Positions 9,088-17,276 of a stretch of DNA of 64,000 bases are shown in pieces. A program made the position numbers and the translations under genes. This DNA is from Deltaproteobacteria bacterium (GTDB lineage: Bacteria > Myxococcota > Myxococcia > Myxococcales > 40CM-4-68-19): NCBI GenBank assembly GCA_005879805.1, contig VBKL01000044.1, forward strand, positions 248 through 64,247. The letters run 5' to 3'. Below the pieces are notes generated by a model. That model did no database searches. It had not been told where the DNA came from and was given only the letters and a program-made list of their open reading frames with translations. How positions within the stretch are numbered: the stretch's first letter is position 1; each line of letters begins with the position of its first letter.

Positions 9088-10584
9088 ATGGATCGCCTCC
9101 AGGCGCGGGTCGCGAAACTCGGGAGAATCCTCGAGGTGGCGAAGGCTCTCGTCGCCGAGCGCGATCTCGATCGGCTGCTCAAGCTCATCGTTCAGGCGGC
9201 CGCCCGCGTGGTCGAGGCCGATCGCTGCTCCCTCTTCCTCGTCGACAAGGCGAAAGGCGAGCTGTGGAGCAAGATCGCCCAGGGCGTCGGCACGCGCGAG
9301 ATCCGCTTCCCGATGGGAAGGGGGATCGCAGGAACCGTCGCCGAGACGAACACTCCCATCAACATCGCCGACGCCTACGACGATCCGCGCTTCAACCCCG
9401 ATGTCGACAAGGAAACCGGCTACCGCACCAAGAGCATTCTCTGCGTGCCGATGCGCTCCCTCGAGGGAGAAGTGGTCGGCGTCCTGCAGGCGCTCAACAA
9501 GATCCTCGGCGGCACCTTCACCGAAGAGGACGAGGAGCTCCTCTCCGCGCTCGGCGGCCAGGCCGCGGTGGCGGTCAACAACGCGCTCGTCAACCAGGAG
9601 ATCGCGCAGCTCTTCGAAGGATTCGTCCGCGCCAGCGTCGTGGCCATCGAGTCGCGCGACCCGACCACCGCCGGCCATTCGGACCGCGTCGCCCGGCTTT
9701 CCGTCGGGCTCGCCGACGTCCTCCCCAGCGCCGGCCACACCGCCGGGCGGTGGAAGGATTTCCGCCTCGGCAACGACGAGCGGCAGGAGTTGCGGTACGC
9801 GGCGCTCTTGCACGACTTCGGCAAGGTGGGAGTGCGCGAGAACGTCCTCGTGAAGGCGAACAAGCTCGAGCCGGGCGAGCTCGAGACCTTGCGAGCGCGC
9901 TTCGAGATGGTGCTCGCCCATGCCGAGATCGAGGCGGAGAAGCGCAAGGTCCAGCGCCTCGTGCAACATCCGCGCGAGGCGCCGCGGATCATCGCGGAGG
10001 AGGACGCCCGGCTCGCGGACCGGCGCCGTGAGCTGGACGGGATGTTCCAGTTCATCCTGGGCTGCAACCTCCCGACCGTCATGGAGGAGGGCACCTTCGA
10101 CCGGCTCTTCGAGATCGGAAACGTCCAGTACACGAGCCCCGTGACGCAAAAGGTGCAGCCCTTCCTCACCGAGGGAGAGATCCTCAAGCTCTCCGTGCGC
10201 AAGGGATCGCTCACCGAGCTCGAGCGCCGGGAGATCGAATCCCACGTCACCCACACCTACCGCTTCCTCCAGCAGATTCCCTGGACGCGCGCGCTGCGGC
10301 GCGTTCCCGACATCGCTTACGGACACCACGAGAAGCTGGGAGGCGGCGGTTATCCGCGCTCGCTGACCGATCCGGACATCTCGCTTCCCACGCGGATGAT
10401 GACCATCAGCGACATCTACGACGCGCTCACCGCCAGCGACCGGCCTTACAAGAAGGCGGTCCCCAAGGAGAAGGCGTACGAGATTCTCGAGGACGAGGCC
10501 AAGCGGGGCGACGTCGACTCGGATCTCCTCGGCGTCTTCATCGAGGCCGACATCCCCGCCCGCTTGAAGTCGGAAGAGGATTAG
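9088..10584 (+). CDS. GAF-domain HD-GYP phosphodiesterase (c-di-GMP)
   Basis: Inside ORF 8026..10584 starting at MDRLQARV (ATG 9088). GAF-like N-half ('CSLFLVD...ELWSK...GIAG'). HD-GYP motifs 'HSDRVA', 'LLHDFGK' and 'GHHEKLGGGGYP' are present. Confidence 0.85.
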   Translation: MDRLQARVAKLGRILEVAKALVAERDLDRLLKLIVQAAARVVEADRCSLFLVDKAKGELWSKIAQGVGTREIRFPMGRGIAGTVAETNTPINIADAYDDPRFNPDVDKETGYRTKSILCVPMRSLEGEVVGVLQALNKILGGTFTEEDEELLSALGGQAAVAVNNALVNQEIAQLFEGFVRASVVAIESRDPTTAGHSDRVARLSVGLADVLPSAGHTAGRWKDFRLGNDERQELRYAALLHDFGKVGVRENVLVKANKLEPGELETLRARFEMVLAHAEIEAEKRKVQRLVQHPREAPRIIAEEDARLADRRRELDGMFQFILGCNLPTVMEEGTFDRLFEIGNVQYTSPVTQKVQPFLTEGEILKLSVRKGSLTELERREIESHVTHTYRFLQQIPWTRALRRVPDIAYGHHEKLGGGGYPRSLTDPDISLPTRMMTISDIYDALTASDRPYKKAVPKEKAYEILEDEAKRGDVDSDLLGVFIEADIPARLKSEED

Positions 10585-12000
10585 CGCGCCGCCGTCTTGC
10601 GCGCCTTCTCGAACTCGTCCCCCGGTTTCCACTGTGGAAGCGAGGTCGCGTTGGCGATCCGCAGGCCGACGAGCAGATCGAGCTGCGCGTCTTCCACCGC
10701 GCCTGCGAGGTCCCAGTCTCCGTGGTACTCGTCGGTCACCTGGTGGTAGTCGGTGCGCTCGAACGCTTCGTGCTGCGCGGCGCCCCAGCCCGGAGGGCGG
10801 CCCAGGTAGTTCGGGCCGCCGCGGATGGCGACGACCGGAACTCCGATGCGCGCCAGCTCGAACTGATCGGATCGGTAGAAGGCGCCGCGATCGGGGAACG
10901 GATCCCCATGCACCTCGCGGCCCTGCTCGGACGCGACCTGCTTCACGACCGCGTCGAGAGTGGACTTGCCGAGGCCGAGCATCCCTAGATCCGCCGTGCG
11001 CCCCCACTTGTTGACGCTGTCGATGTTGATGTCGGCGGCGATCCTGCCGGGACGGACGGTCGGGTGCTGCGCGAACCAGCGCGATCCGAGGAGGCCTTGC
11101 TCCTCGGCCGTGACGAAGACGAAGAGCATCGAGCGCCGCGGCGCCGCTTCCGTCGAGCGAGGTGCGCACCGGCATCGCCACTGGCCGGAAGCTCTTGCTC
11201 TCCGCCTGCGTGCGAAGCGCGTCGAGGTCCTGGCCGCCGAGGCGCAGAAGCTTTCGCGCGCCGTCCTCGGTGACCCAGCCCTGGAACTGCAGGCGCGGCT
11301 CGTCCTTGGGAGGCAGATCGATGCGCACGCCGTCCGCGGAGGCGGACAAGACCTGCCAGGGATATCCGGCGGAGGCGGTGGTGTGGATGATGAGCGCGCC
11401 GGCAGCGCCGTGTGCCGCGGCGGTCAGGTACTTGTAGTCCCAGCGCCCGTACCAGAGGCGCACGCCCGGGCCGGCGAACGGCGGGTTGAAGTTCATGAGC
11501 ACGACGATCTTCCCGCGCACGTCGACGTTCTTGTAGTCGTCCCAGCCGTACTCGGGCGCGACGATGCCGTACCCGGCGAAGACGAGCCCGGTGTCCCGCA
11601 CGCTGGCGACCGCGACGTGGGCGTCGGGATCGATGCGCAGATCGGACTTCACGCCTTGTCCGATGGAAAGCGACAGGTCGCCGCTCGGCCCGCGGAAGAC
11701 CATTTCGCGGGGCAGGCGCCCGTGCAATTCCACGAGCGGCACGGGCTGGAACCAGGAGGGGCTGCCGTCTTGCGCGGTCGCGCCCGGGGAGAGGCCCATC
11801 GATTCCATCTCGGCCGCGATGTACTTCACGGCCAGGTCCGCGCCGTGGGTACCGGGCTTGCGGCCTTCGAGCAGGTCGTCGGCGAGGAAGCGGATGTGGC
11901 CGGAGATCTCCGCGGCAGTGATGTGCGCGGCGGCGGTCCGTTCGGTGGCCGAACCATGGGCGGGCGCCGCGGCGAAGAGCGCGAGGAGCAGGATGGGCAT
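10581..12000 (-). pseudogene. PA-domain M28 family aminopeptidase, disrupted (internal deletion plus frameshift)
   Basis: The N-terminal ~278 codons (signal peptide MPILLLALFAAAPAHG, PA-like 'VRGKIVVLMNF') are in the frame of ORF 7906..12000. The C-terminal part ('PRRSMLFVFVTAEEQGLLGS', 'ADINIDS', 'YHQVTDEY') is in ORF 10581..11129, a different frame. Only ~10 codons separate the two parts. No HxD or DNxSG-type ligand segment occurs in any frame. Confidence 0.7.
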
Positions 12001-12008
12001 GCCTCATC

Positions 12009-12866
12009 CTAGCCGAAGCCCGGCTCGGGACCGGTCGCGACGGGCGTCTCTGGCCGGCTGCTCCAGTCGGAGAACGATCCGACGTAGAGGCGGCCGGGCG
12101 GAAGGCCCGCGAGATCGAGAGCGAGCAAGGTGTGGCAGGCGGTGACGCCGCTGCCGCAGGAAGCGATCACCTCCTGCTGCCCTGCGCCGAGCCTCTCGTA
12201 AAGCGCGCGCAGTTCCGGAGGCGGCAGGAAGCGGCCGTCGCGCAGGTTCCCGGCGACGGGAGCGTTGACCGCACCCGGGATGTGGCCGGCGCGGGGATCG
12301 ACGGGTTCCACCTCGCCGCGGTATCGCTCGGGCGCCCGGGCATCGGTCAGGATCGGGCCGCGCTCGCCCTTCTTGCGCCGCGAGATCGCTTCGACTTCGG
12401 TGCGCTCGGCCAGCCGACGGCGATCGAGGACGAGCAGGGGCGGATCGACCGGCGAGATGCGTGGCTCGTCGGTCGTCACGGGGAGGCCGGCGGCCTTCCA
12501 GGCCTGGAAACCGCCGTCGAGCACCGAGGCACGCTCGTGTCCGTGTACGCGGAGAAGGAACCAGAAGCGGGCCGCGATCGAACCGCCGGCGTCGTCGTAC
12601 GCGACGACGTGGGTCTCCGGCCCGACTCCGATGCTTCCGAGGAAGCGCGCGAAGTCTTCGGTCGCGGGGAACGGATGGCGCCCCGGTCCACCGGGACGCG
12701 AGAGGTCGCGATCGAGGTCGACGTAGACCGCGCCCGGAATGTGTCCTTCCCGATACTTCTCCCAGCCCGAAGGACCCGTGAGAGACCAGCGCACATCGGC
12801 GATCCGGAGGTGGGGTCCCGCATCTGCGACGAAACGTGTGTCCACGAGCGGGTGGGTGTGCGACAC
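12009..12866 (-). CDS. sseA: Tandem-rhodanese sulfurtransferase (3-mercaptopyruvate type)
   Basis: ORF 12009..12866. Two rhodanese-like halves. Active-site loop 'CGSGVTA', typical of 3-MST rather than 'CRKGVTA'. Confidence 0.8.
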   Translation of the reverse strand: MSHTHPLVDTRFVADAGPHLRIADVRWSLTGPSGWEKYREGHIPGAVYVDLDRDLSRPGGPGRHPFPATEDFARFLGSIGVGPETHVVAYDDAGGSIAARFWFLLRVHGHERASVLDGGFQAWKAAGLPVTTDEPRISPVDPPLLVLDRRRLAERTEVEAISRRKKGERGPILTDARAPERYRGEVEPVDPRAGHIPGAVNAPVAGNLRDGRFLPPPELRALYERLGAGQQEVIASCGSGVTACHTLLALDLAGLPPGRLYVGSFSDWSSRPETPVATGPEPGFG

Positions 12867-12997
12867 GGGAATCTACCTCCTCGCCAAGGCGCATTGACTC
12901 CTACCCTATCTGCCGGGCGAATGAAGGCTATGCAAAATTACGGCTGGGGGAACCCCCACCCCAGGATGGTAAAGTGCCAGCTCTTCGAGGGGGCCTC

Positions 12998-14170
12998 ATG
13001 GCGGACGTAGAACGGCTACTGGTAGTCGACGACGAGGGTCCAATCCTGCACGCGTTGCAGAGGACCTTCGAGGCCGCCGGCTATGAAGTGACCGCCTGCC
13101 TCGATCCCGCGCAGGCGCTCACCGCGATGGAGCAGCGGGAGTTCCAGGTCATCTCTGCCGACTACATGATGCCGGGGATGACCGGGGCGGACTTCCTCGC
13201 CCGCGCCCGGGCCATGCAGCCCGCGACCATCCGCATCCTCATCACCGCCGCGCACGACTTCAGCGCCGCGGTGGACGCGATCAACAACGGCGAGATCTTC
13301 CGCATCCTCTCCAAGCCGTGGAACCGGCTCGAGCTGCTCGGCACCGTCCGGCAGGCCTTCGACACCTACGCGCTCCGGGAGAAGAACCGACAGCTCACCG
13401 AGCTCGTGCAGAAGCAGAACGGCGAGCTGGCCGAGCTGAACCGCGGCCTCGAGTGCCTCGTGCAGGAGCGCACCACCAACCTGCTCGACGGCATGGTCGC
13501 GGTCCTCGACTACCGCGATACCGAGACCCAGTGGCACTCCCGCCGCGTAGCCCGCTTCACCCGGCGCATCGCCGAGGAGCTCGGCATGAAGGACGAGCAG
13601 CAGCTCGATACCATCGAGCGCGGCTCGCTGCTCCACGACATCGGGAAGATCGGCGTGCGCGACGCCGTGCTGCTCAAGCCGGGGCCGCTCGACGCCTCGG
13701 AGTGGAGCGAGATGCGCGAGCACCCGCGGCTCGGCTGGGCGCTCCTCCAGCGCATCGAGTTCCTCCGCGAGGCGAGCGAGATCGTGCTCCAGCATCAGGA
13801 GCGCTTCGACGGCAAGGGGTATCCGTCCGGGCTGAAGGGCGAGCAGATCGTGATCGGCGCCCGGCTCTTCGCCGTCGCGGATACCTACGACGCGATCACC
13901 TCCGATCGGCCCTACCGGCGCGCCGCTCCGCACGACGCGGCGGTCGCCGAGATCCGGCGCGTCGGCGGGACGCAGCTCGATCCCACGGCGGTGGAGGCGT
14001 TCTGCCGCGTGCCCGAGTCGGAGTGGATGAGGATCCGCGCCGAGGTGGAACAGATCTCCTTGCTCGAGGCGCAGTGGGGCTGGACGCCGCCCAAGCGCAT
14101 CTTCGACGTGGTGCGCGACGCGGCGGCCAAGCAGCGCACCGGCGTTCGCGAGGCAGTCGCCGCGAAGTAG
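12998..14170 (+). CDS. Response regulator receiver + HD-GYP phosphodiesterase (RpfG-like)
   Basis: Inside ORF 12836..14170 starting at MADVERLLVVDDE (ATG 12998). REC motifs are 'VVDDE' and 'ISADYMMPGMTG'. HD-GYP motifs are 'HSRRVA', 'LLHDIGK' and 'HQERFDGKGYP'. Confidence 0.88.
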   Translation: MADVERLLVVDDEGPILHALQRTFEAAGYEVTACLDPAQALTAMEQREFQVISADYMMPGMTGADFLARARAMQPATIRILITAAHDFSAAVDAINNGEIFRILSKPWNRLELLGTVRQAFDTYALREKNRQLTELVQKQNGELAELNRGLECLVQERTTNLLDGMVAVLDYRDTETQWHSRRVARFTRRIAEELGMKDEQQLDTIERGSLLHDIGKIGVRDAVLLKPGPLDASEWSEMREHPRLGWALLQRIEFLREASEIVLQHQERFDGKGYPSGLKGEQIVIGARLFAVADTYDAITSDRPYRRAAPHDAAVAEIRRVGGTQLDPTAVEAFCRVPESEWMRIRAEVEQISLLEAQWGWTPPKRIFDVVRDAAAKQRTGVREAVAAK

Positions 14171-14191
14171 CGGCGCGGGCCAAGGCCGCCT

Positions 14192-15370
14192 TCAGGCCGG
14201 CGCGATCAGGAACCAGGCCTTCAGGTATTCCGTCTCCGGAACGCCGACCAGCGAAGGATGGTCGCGCGCGGCTCCCCGGCGTTCGAGGAGCTGGAGCGGC
14301 CGCTTCGCTTCGCGCGCCGCCCACTCGATCACCTCGCCGAAGATCTGCGGCGTCACCTTCCCGGAGCAGGAGCAGGTGACGAGCAGCCCGCCGGGAGCGA
14401 GGAGCCGCACCCCGCGGTAGTTGATCTCCCGGTAGGCGCGGAGCGCTCCTTCGAGGCCTTCGCGGCGCTTCGCGAAGGCAGGCGGGTCCAGCACCACGAC
14501 GTCGAAGCGCCGTCCCTCCCGCTCGAGGGCGCGGAGCTGCTCGATGGCGTTCTGGGCGCGCGCCTCGAGGTTCTGGATGCCGTTGCGGCGCGCATTCTCG
14601 CGGGTGCGAGCGACCGCGGCCGGGTCCTGGTCGAGGGCGAGGACGGTCTTCGCCTTGCGCGCGAGCTGCAGGGCGAAGCCGCCGTGGTAGCAAAAGGCGT
14701 CGAGTGCATCGCCGCGGGACAGTTCCCCCGCCCGCAAGTGGTTCTCGCGTTGATCGAGATAGCCGCCCGTCTTGTGATCGGCGAGCAGGTCCACCTCCAG
14801 CTCGAGATCGCCTTCGTGGTAGCGCGCCACGACCGGGGCGGATCCTTGCAAGAGCCCGACGCGCCGGGGCAGCCCCTCGAAGTCGCGGGAGCTGCCGTCG
14901 TCGCGCGCCACCACGGCCCGGGCGCCGGACACCTCCGCCAGGATCCCCGCGAGGGGCTCCTTGCGAACCTCGGCCCATTCGGCGAGGTGCTGGACCGCGG
15001 CGCTTCCGCCGTAGAGGTCGACGAAGTAACCGGGCAACAGGTCCGCCTCGCCATGAACCATGCGGAAAGCGTCGGCCCTGGGGAAGAGTGCCCTGCGCCG
15101 TGCGAGTGCCTGCTCGAGCCGGCCGCGGAGGAAGGCGGCATCCAGGGGGACGTCCGCCCGGCTGAGCAGGCGGACGGCGATGGGCGAGCCCCGCGCCCAG
15201 AAGCCTCGACCCAACAAATTGCGGCGCGCATCGACGGCGCGGACCTCGGCGCCGGCCTCTGGACCATCGCCCGGCGTCTCCACGTCGGAACGGAAGATCC
15301 AAGGATGCCCGCCCCGGGCCCGGGCGGCCCCCCGAGGCCCCAGCACTACCTCGGGCACACCGCCGTCCAT
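14192..15370 (-). CDS. rlmI: 23S rRNA (cytosine-C5)-methyltransferase RlmI-like, class I SAM-dependent
   Basis: ORF 14192..15388. PUA-like N-terminus 'GHPWIFRSDV'. MTase motifs 'VLDAFCYHGGFAL' and 'VVLDPPAFAK'. ATG 15370 preferred; GTG 15388 possible. Confidence 0.8.
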   Translation of the reverse strand: MDGGVPEVVLGPRGAARARGGHPWIFRSDVETPGDGPEAGAEVRAVDARRNLLGRGFWARGSPIAVRLLSRADVPLDAAFLRGRLEQALARRRALFPRADAFRMVHGEADLLPGYFVDLYGGSAAVQHLAEWAEVRKEPLAGILAEVSGARAVVARDDGSSRDFEGLPRRVGLLQGSAPVVARYHEGDLELEVDLLADHKTGGYLDQRENHLRAGELSRGDALDAFCYHGGFALQLARKAKTVLALDQDPAAVARTRENARRNGIQNLEARAQNAIEQLRALEREGRRFDVVVLDPPAFAKRREGLEGALRAYREINYRGVRLLAPGGLLVTCSCSGKVTPQIFGEVIEWAAREAKRPLQLLERRGAARDHPSLVGVPETEYLKAWFLIAPA

Positions 15371-15394
15371 GTGCGCACTCTCGCACACACTTTC

Positions 15395-16462
15395 ATGCGA
15401 GGCGGAAGGGGGTCGCTCGCGTTAAGCTGCCAGGCTGTGATTCCCGCCGACGTTTCCGCCCCTTTGAAGGCTCTTCCCCGCGAAATTCCCGCCGAAGAGG
15501 CGCAGCCTCTGACGCCCCAGGAGGCCCTCCGCCTCGCCCGGTCGCTGGAGGCGAACGTCGCCCGCGCCCTGCGCGGCAAGGCCGAGGTCATCGAGCTTGC
15601 GCTGGCCGCCCTCGGCGCCAACGGACACCTGCTCCTCGAGGACGTTCCCGGCGTCGGCAAGACCACGCTGGCGCACGCGCTAGCGCGGTCGCTCGACCTG
15701 TCCTTCGCGCGCATCCAGTTCACGAGCGACCTGCTCCCCGGCGACATCACCGGCGTCTCCGTCTACGAGCAGCGCAGCGGGCAGTTCGTCTTCAAGTCGG
15801 GTCCGCTCTTCGCGAACCTCGTGCTCGCCGACGAGATCAACCGCACCACCCCGCGCACCCAGAGCTGTCTGCTCGAGGCGATGGCCGAGCGGCAGGTGAC
15901 GGTGGACGGCACGCCGCGCGCCTTGCCCTCGCCTTTCCTCGTCCTCGCGACGCAGAACCCGCACGAGCATTCGGGAACGTATCCTTTGCCCGAGTCTCAG
16001 CTCGACCGGTTCTTGTTGCGCCTCTCGGTGGGATATCCCGAGGCGGGCGTCGAGCGCGAATTGCTCCTCGGCGGCGGCACCGAGGAAGAGCTGCACGATC
16101 TCCGCCCGGTCGCCACGGCCGGCGATCTCCGCCGCCTGCAAGCAGCCGTTTCCGAGGTGCGGGTCGCCGACGAGGTCGCCGATTACGTCCTCGCCATCGT
16201 CGCCGCTACGCGCAGCTCGCGATTCCTCTCGCTGGGCGTTTCGCCCCGCGGAGCGCTTTCGCTCATGCGCGCCGCGCAGGCGCGCGCGCTCCTGCGCGGC
16301 AGGGACTATCTCGAGCCGGACGACGTGAAGGCGCTGTGCATTCCCTGCCTCGCGCACCGCGTGGTGCTGGCGGGTCACGGAGGCATCCGGCCGGGTCTCG
16401 AGCGCGAGGCCACCGAGCGCGCCATCCGCGAGATCGCCGAGCAGGTACCGGTTCCGGTGTGA
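15395..16462 (+). CDS. MoxR-family AAA+ ATPase
   Basis: 3' part of ORF 14258..16462. Walker A 'DVPGVGKT', Walker B 'LVLADEINR', and 'ATQNPHE'. Start is ATG 15395 or GTG 15437. Confidence 0.88.
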   Translation: MRGGRGSLALSCQAVIPADVSAPLKALPREIPAEEAQPLTPQEALRLARSLEANVARALRGKAEVIELALAALGANGHLLLEDVPGVGKTTLAHALARSLDLSFARIQFTSDLLPGDITGVSVYEQRSGQFVFKSGPLFANLVLADEINRTTPRTQSCLLEAMAERQVTVDGTPRALPSPFLVLATQNPHEHSGTYPLPESQLDRFLLRLSVGYPEAGVERELLLGGGTEEELHDLRPVATAGDLRRLQAAVSEVRVADEVADYVLAIVAATRSSRFLSLGVSPRGALSLMRAAQARALLRGRDYLEPDDVKALCIPCLAHRVVLAGHGGIRPGLEREATERAIREIAEQVPVPV

Positions 16463-17276
16463 TCCCGGCAGCGCAAAGCGCCGTCGCAGATCCGAAGGCT
16501 CGGCCGAAGGCGAAAACCAGGACTCCTTCCTGGCGTCGCCGGCTCGGCTTCACCCGTATCGGACGCTGGTACGTCGGCTTCACCATCGGCGTCGGCCTCG
16601 CCGCGGTGAACACGGGCAACAACCTGCTCTTCCTCGTCCTCGGCCTGCTCCTTTCCAGCATCATCGTCTCCGGCATCCTCGCCGAGAGCTCCATCAAGGG
16701 CGTCGAGGTGCAGCGGCGGCTCCCGGACATGGCCATCGCCGGGACGCCGGCGCTCGTCGGCTTCGCGGTGAAGAACCGGAAGGCGCGCTCTCCCTCCTTC
16801 TCGCTCGAGGTCCGGGAGCGCGGCGGGGACGCTTCCGGGGGTTGATGCGGCAGGGCGACGAGGGGACGAGCAGGATCGGCGTGGGGCAGGAGGTGCATTC
16901 GCTCCGGGATCACCGCCCCGGCGAGGACGTACGCGCCATCCACTGGCGCACCTCCGCCCGCATCGGCCGCCTCATCGGTATCGACCGCGAGCAGGAGCGC
17001 CGCCGCCGGATCTGCGTGGTGCTCGACCAGCGCGGGCTTTCGGGCGATTCGCTGGAGCGCGCCGTCGAGGACGCCGCCGCGCTCTTCGAGCGCGAGCTGG
17101 ATCAGGGCGGCGACGTCGGGCTGGCCATTTCCGGCGAGACCCTTCCCGCGGCGAGCGGACCGGGGCATCGCGCCGCCGGGCTTACCCTGCTTGCTCTGCT
17201 CGAGGTGCGCGAGGGGATGTCGGCCCCGATTCCGGATCCCTACGCCTCCTCTCTTTACGTTTCGGGTCGAAGGTGA
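16459..17276 (+). pseudogene. DUF58 (MoxR-associated, vWA-like) protein, split into two frames
   Basis: Part 1 is 16459..16845: a GTG overlapping the MoxR stop as GTGA, TM segments, and 'VEVQRRLP...SLEVRERGGD'. Part 2 is ORF 16842..17276: '...GVGQEVHSLRDHRPGEDVRAIHWRTSAR'. The frames differ, and most of the beta-sandwich region expected between these motifs is absent. Confidence 0.6.

Noticed and set aside
7906-12000. A single 1364-aa ORF that looks like a giant PAS/peptidase protein.
   Set aside because: It is a composite. Its 5' part is the M28 peptidase N-terminus, its middle is antisense to the GAF-HD-GYP gene, and its 3' part is the triple-PAS gene, which has its own ATG at 9015.
12867-12997. 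Relatively AT-rich divergent region with 'ttgact' and 'tatgcaaaat', as defined promoters for sseA and the REC-HD-GYP gene.
   Set aside because: The spacing between candidate -35 and -10 hexamers does not fit 16-18 nt for any pair I could align. It is plausible promoter DNA, but I cannot support specific elements.
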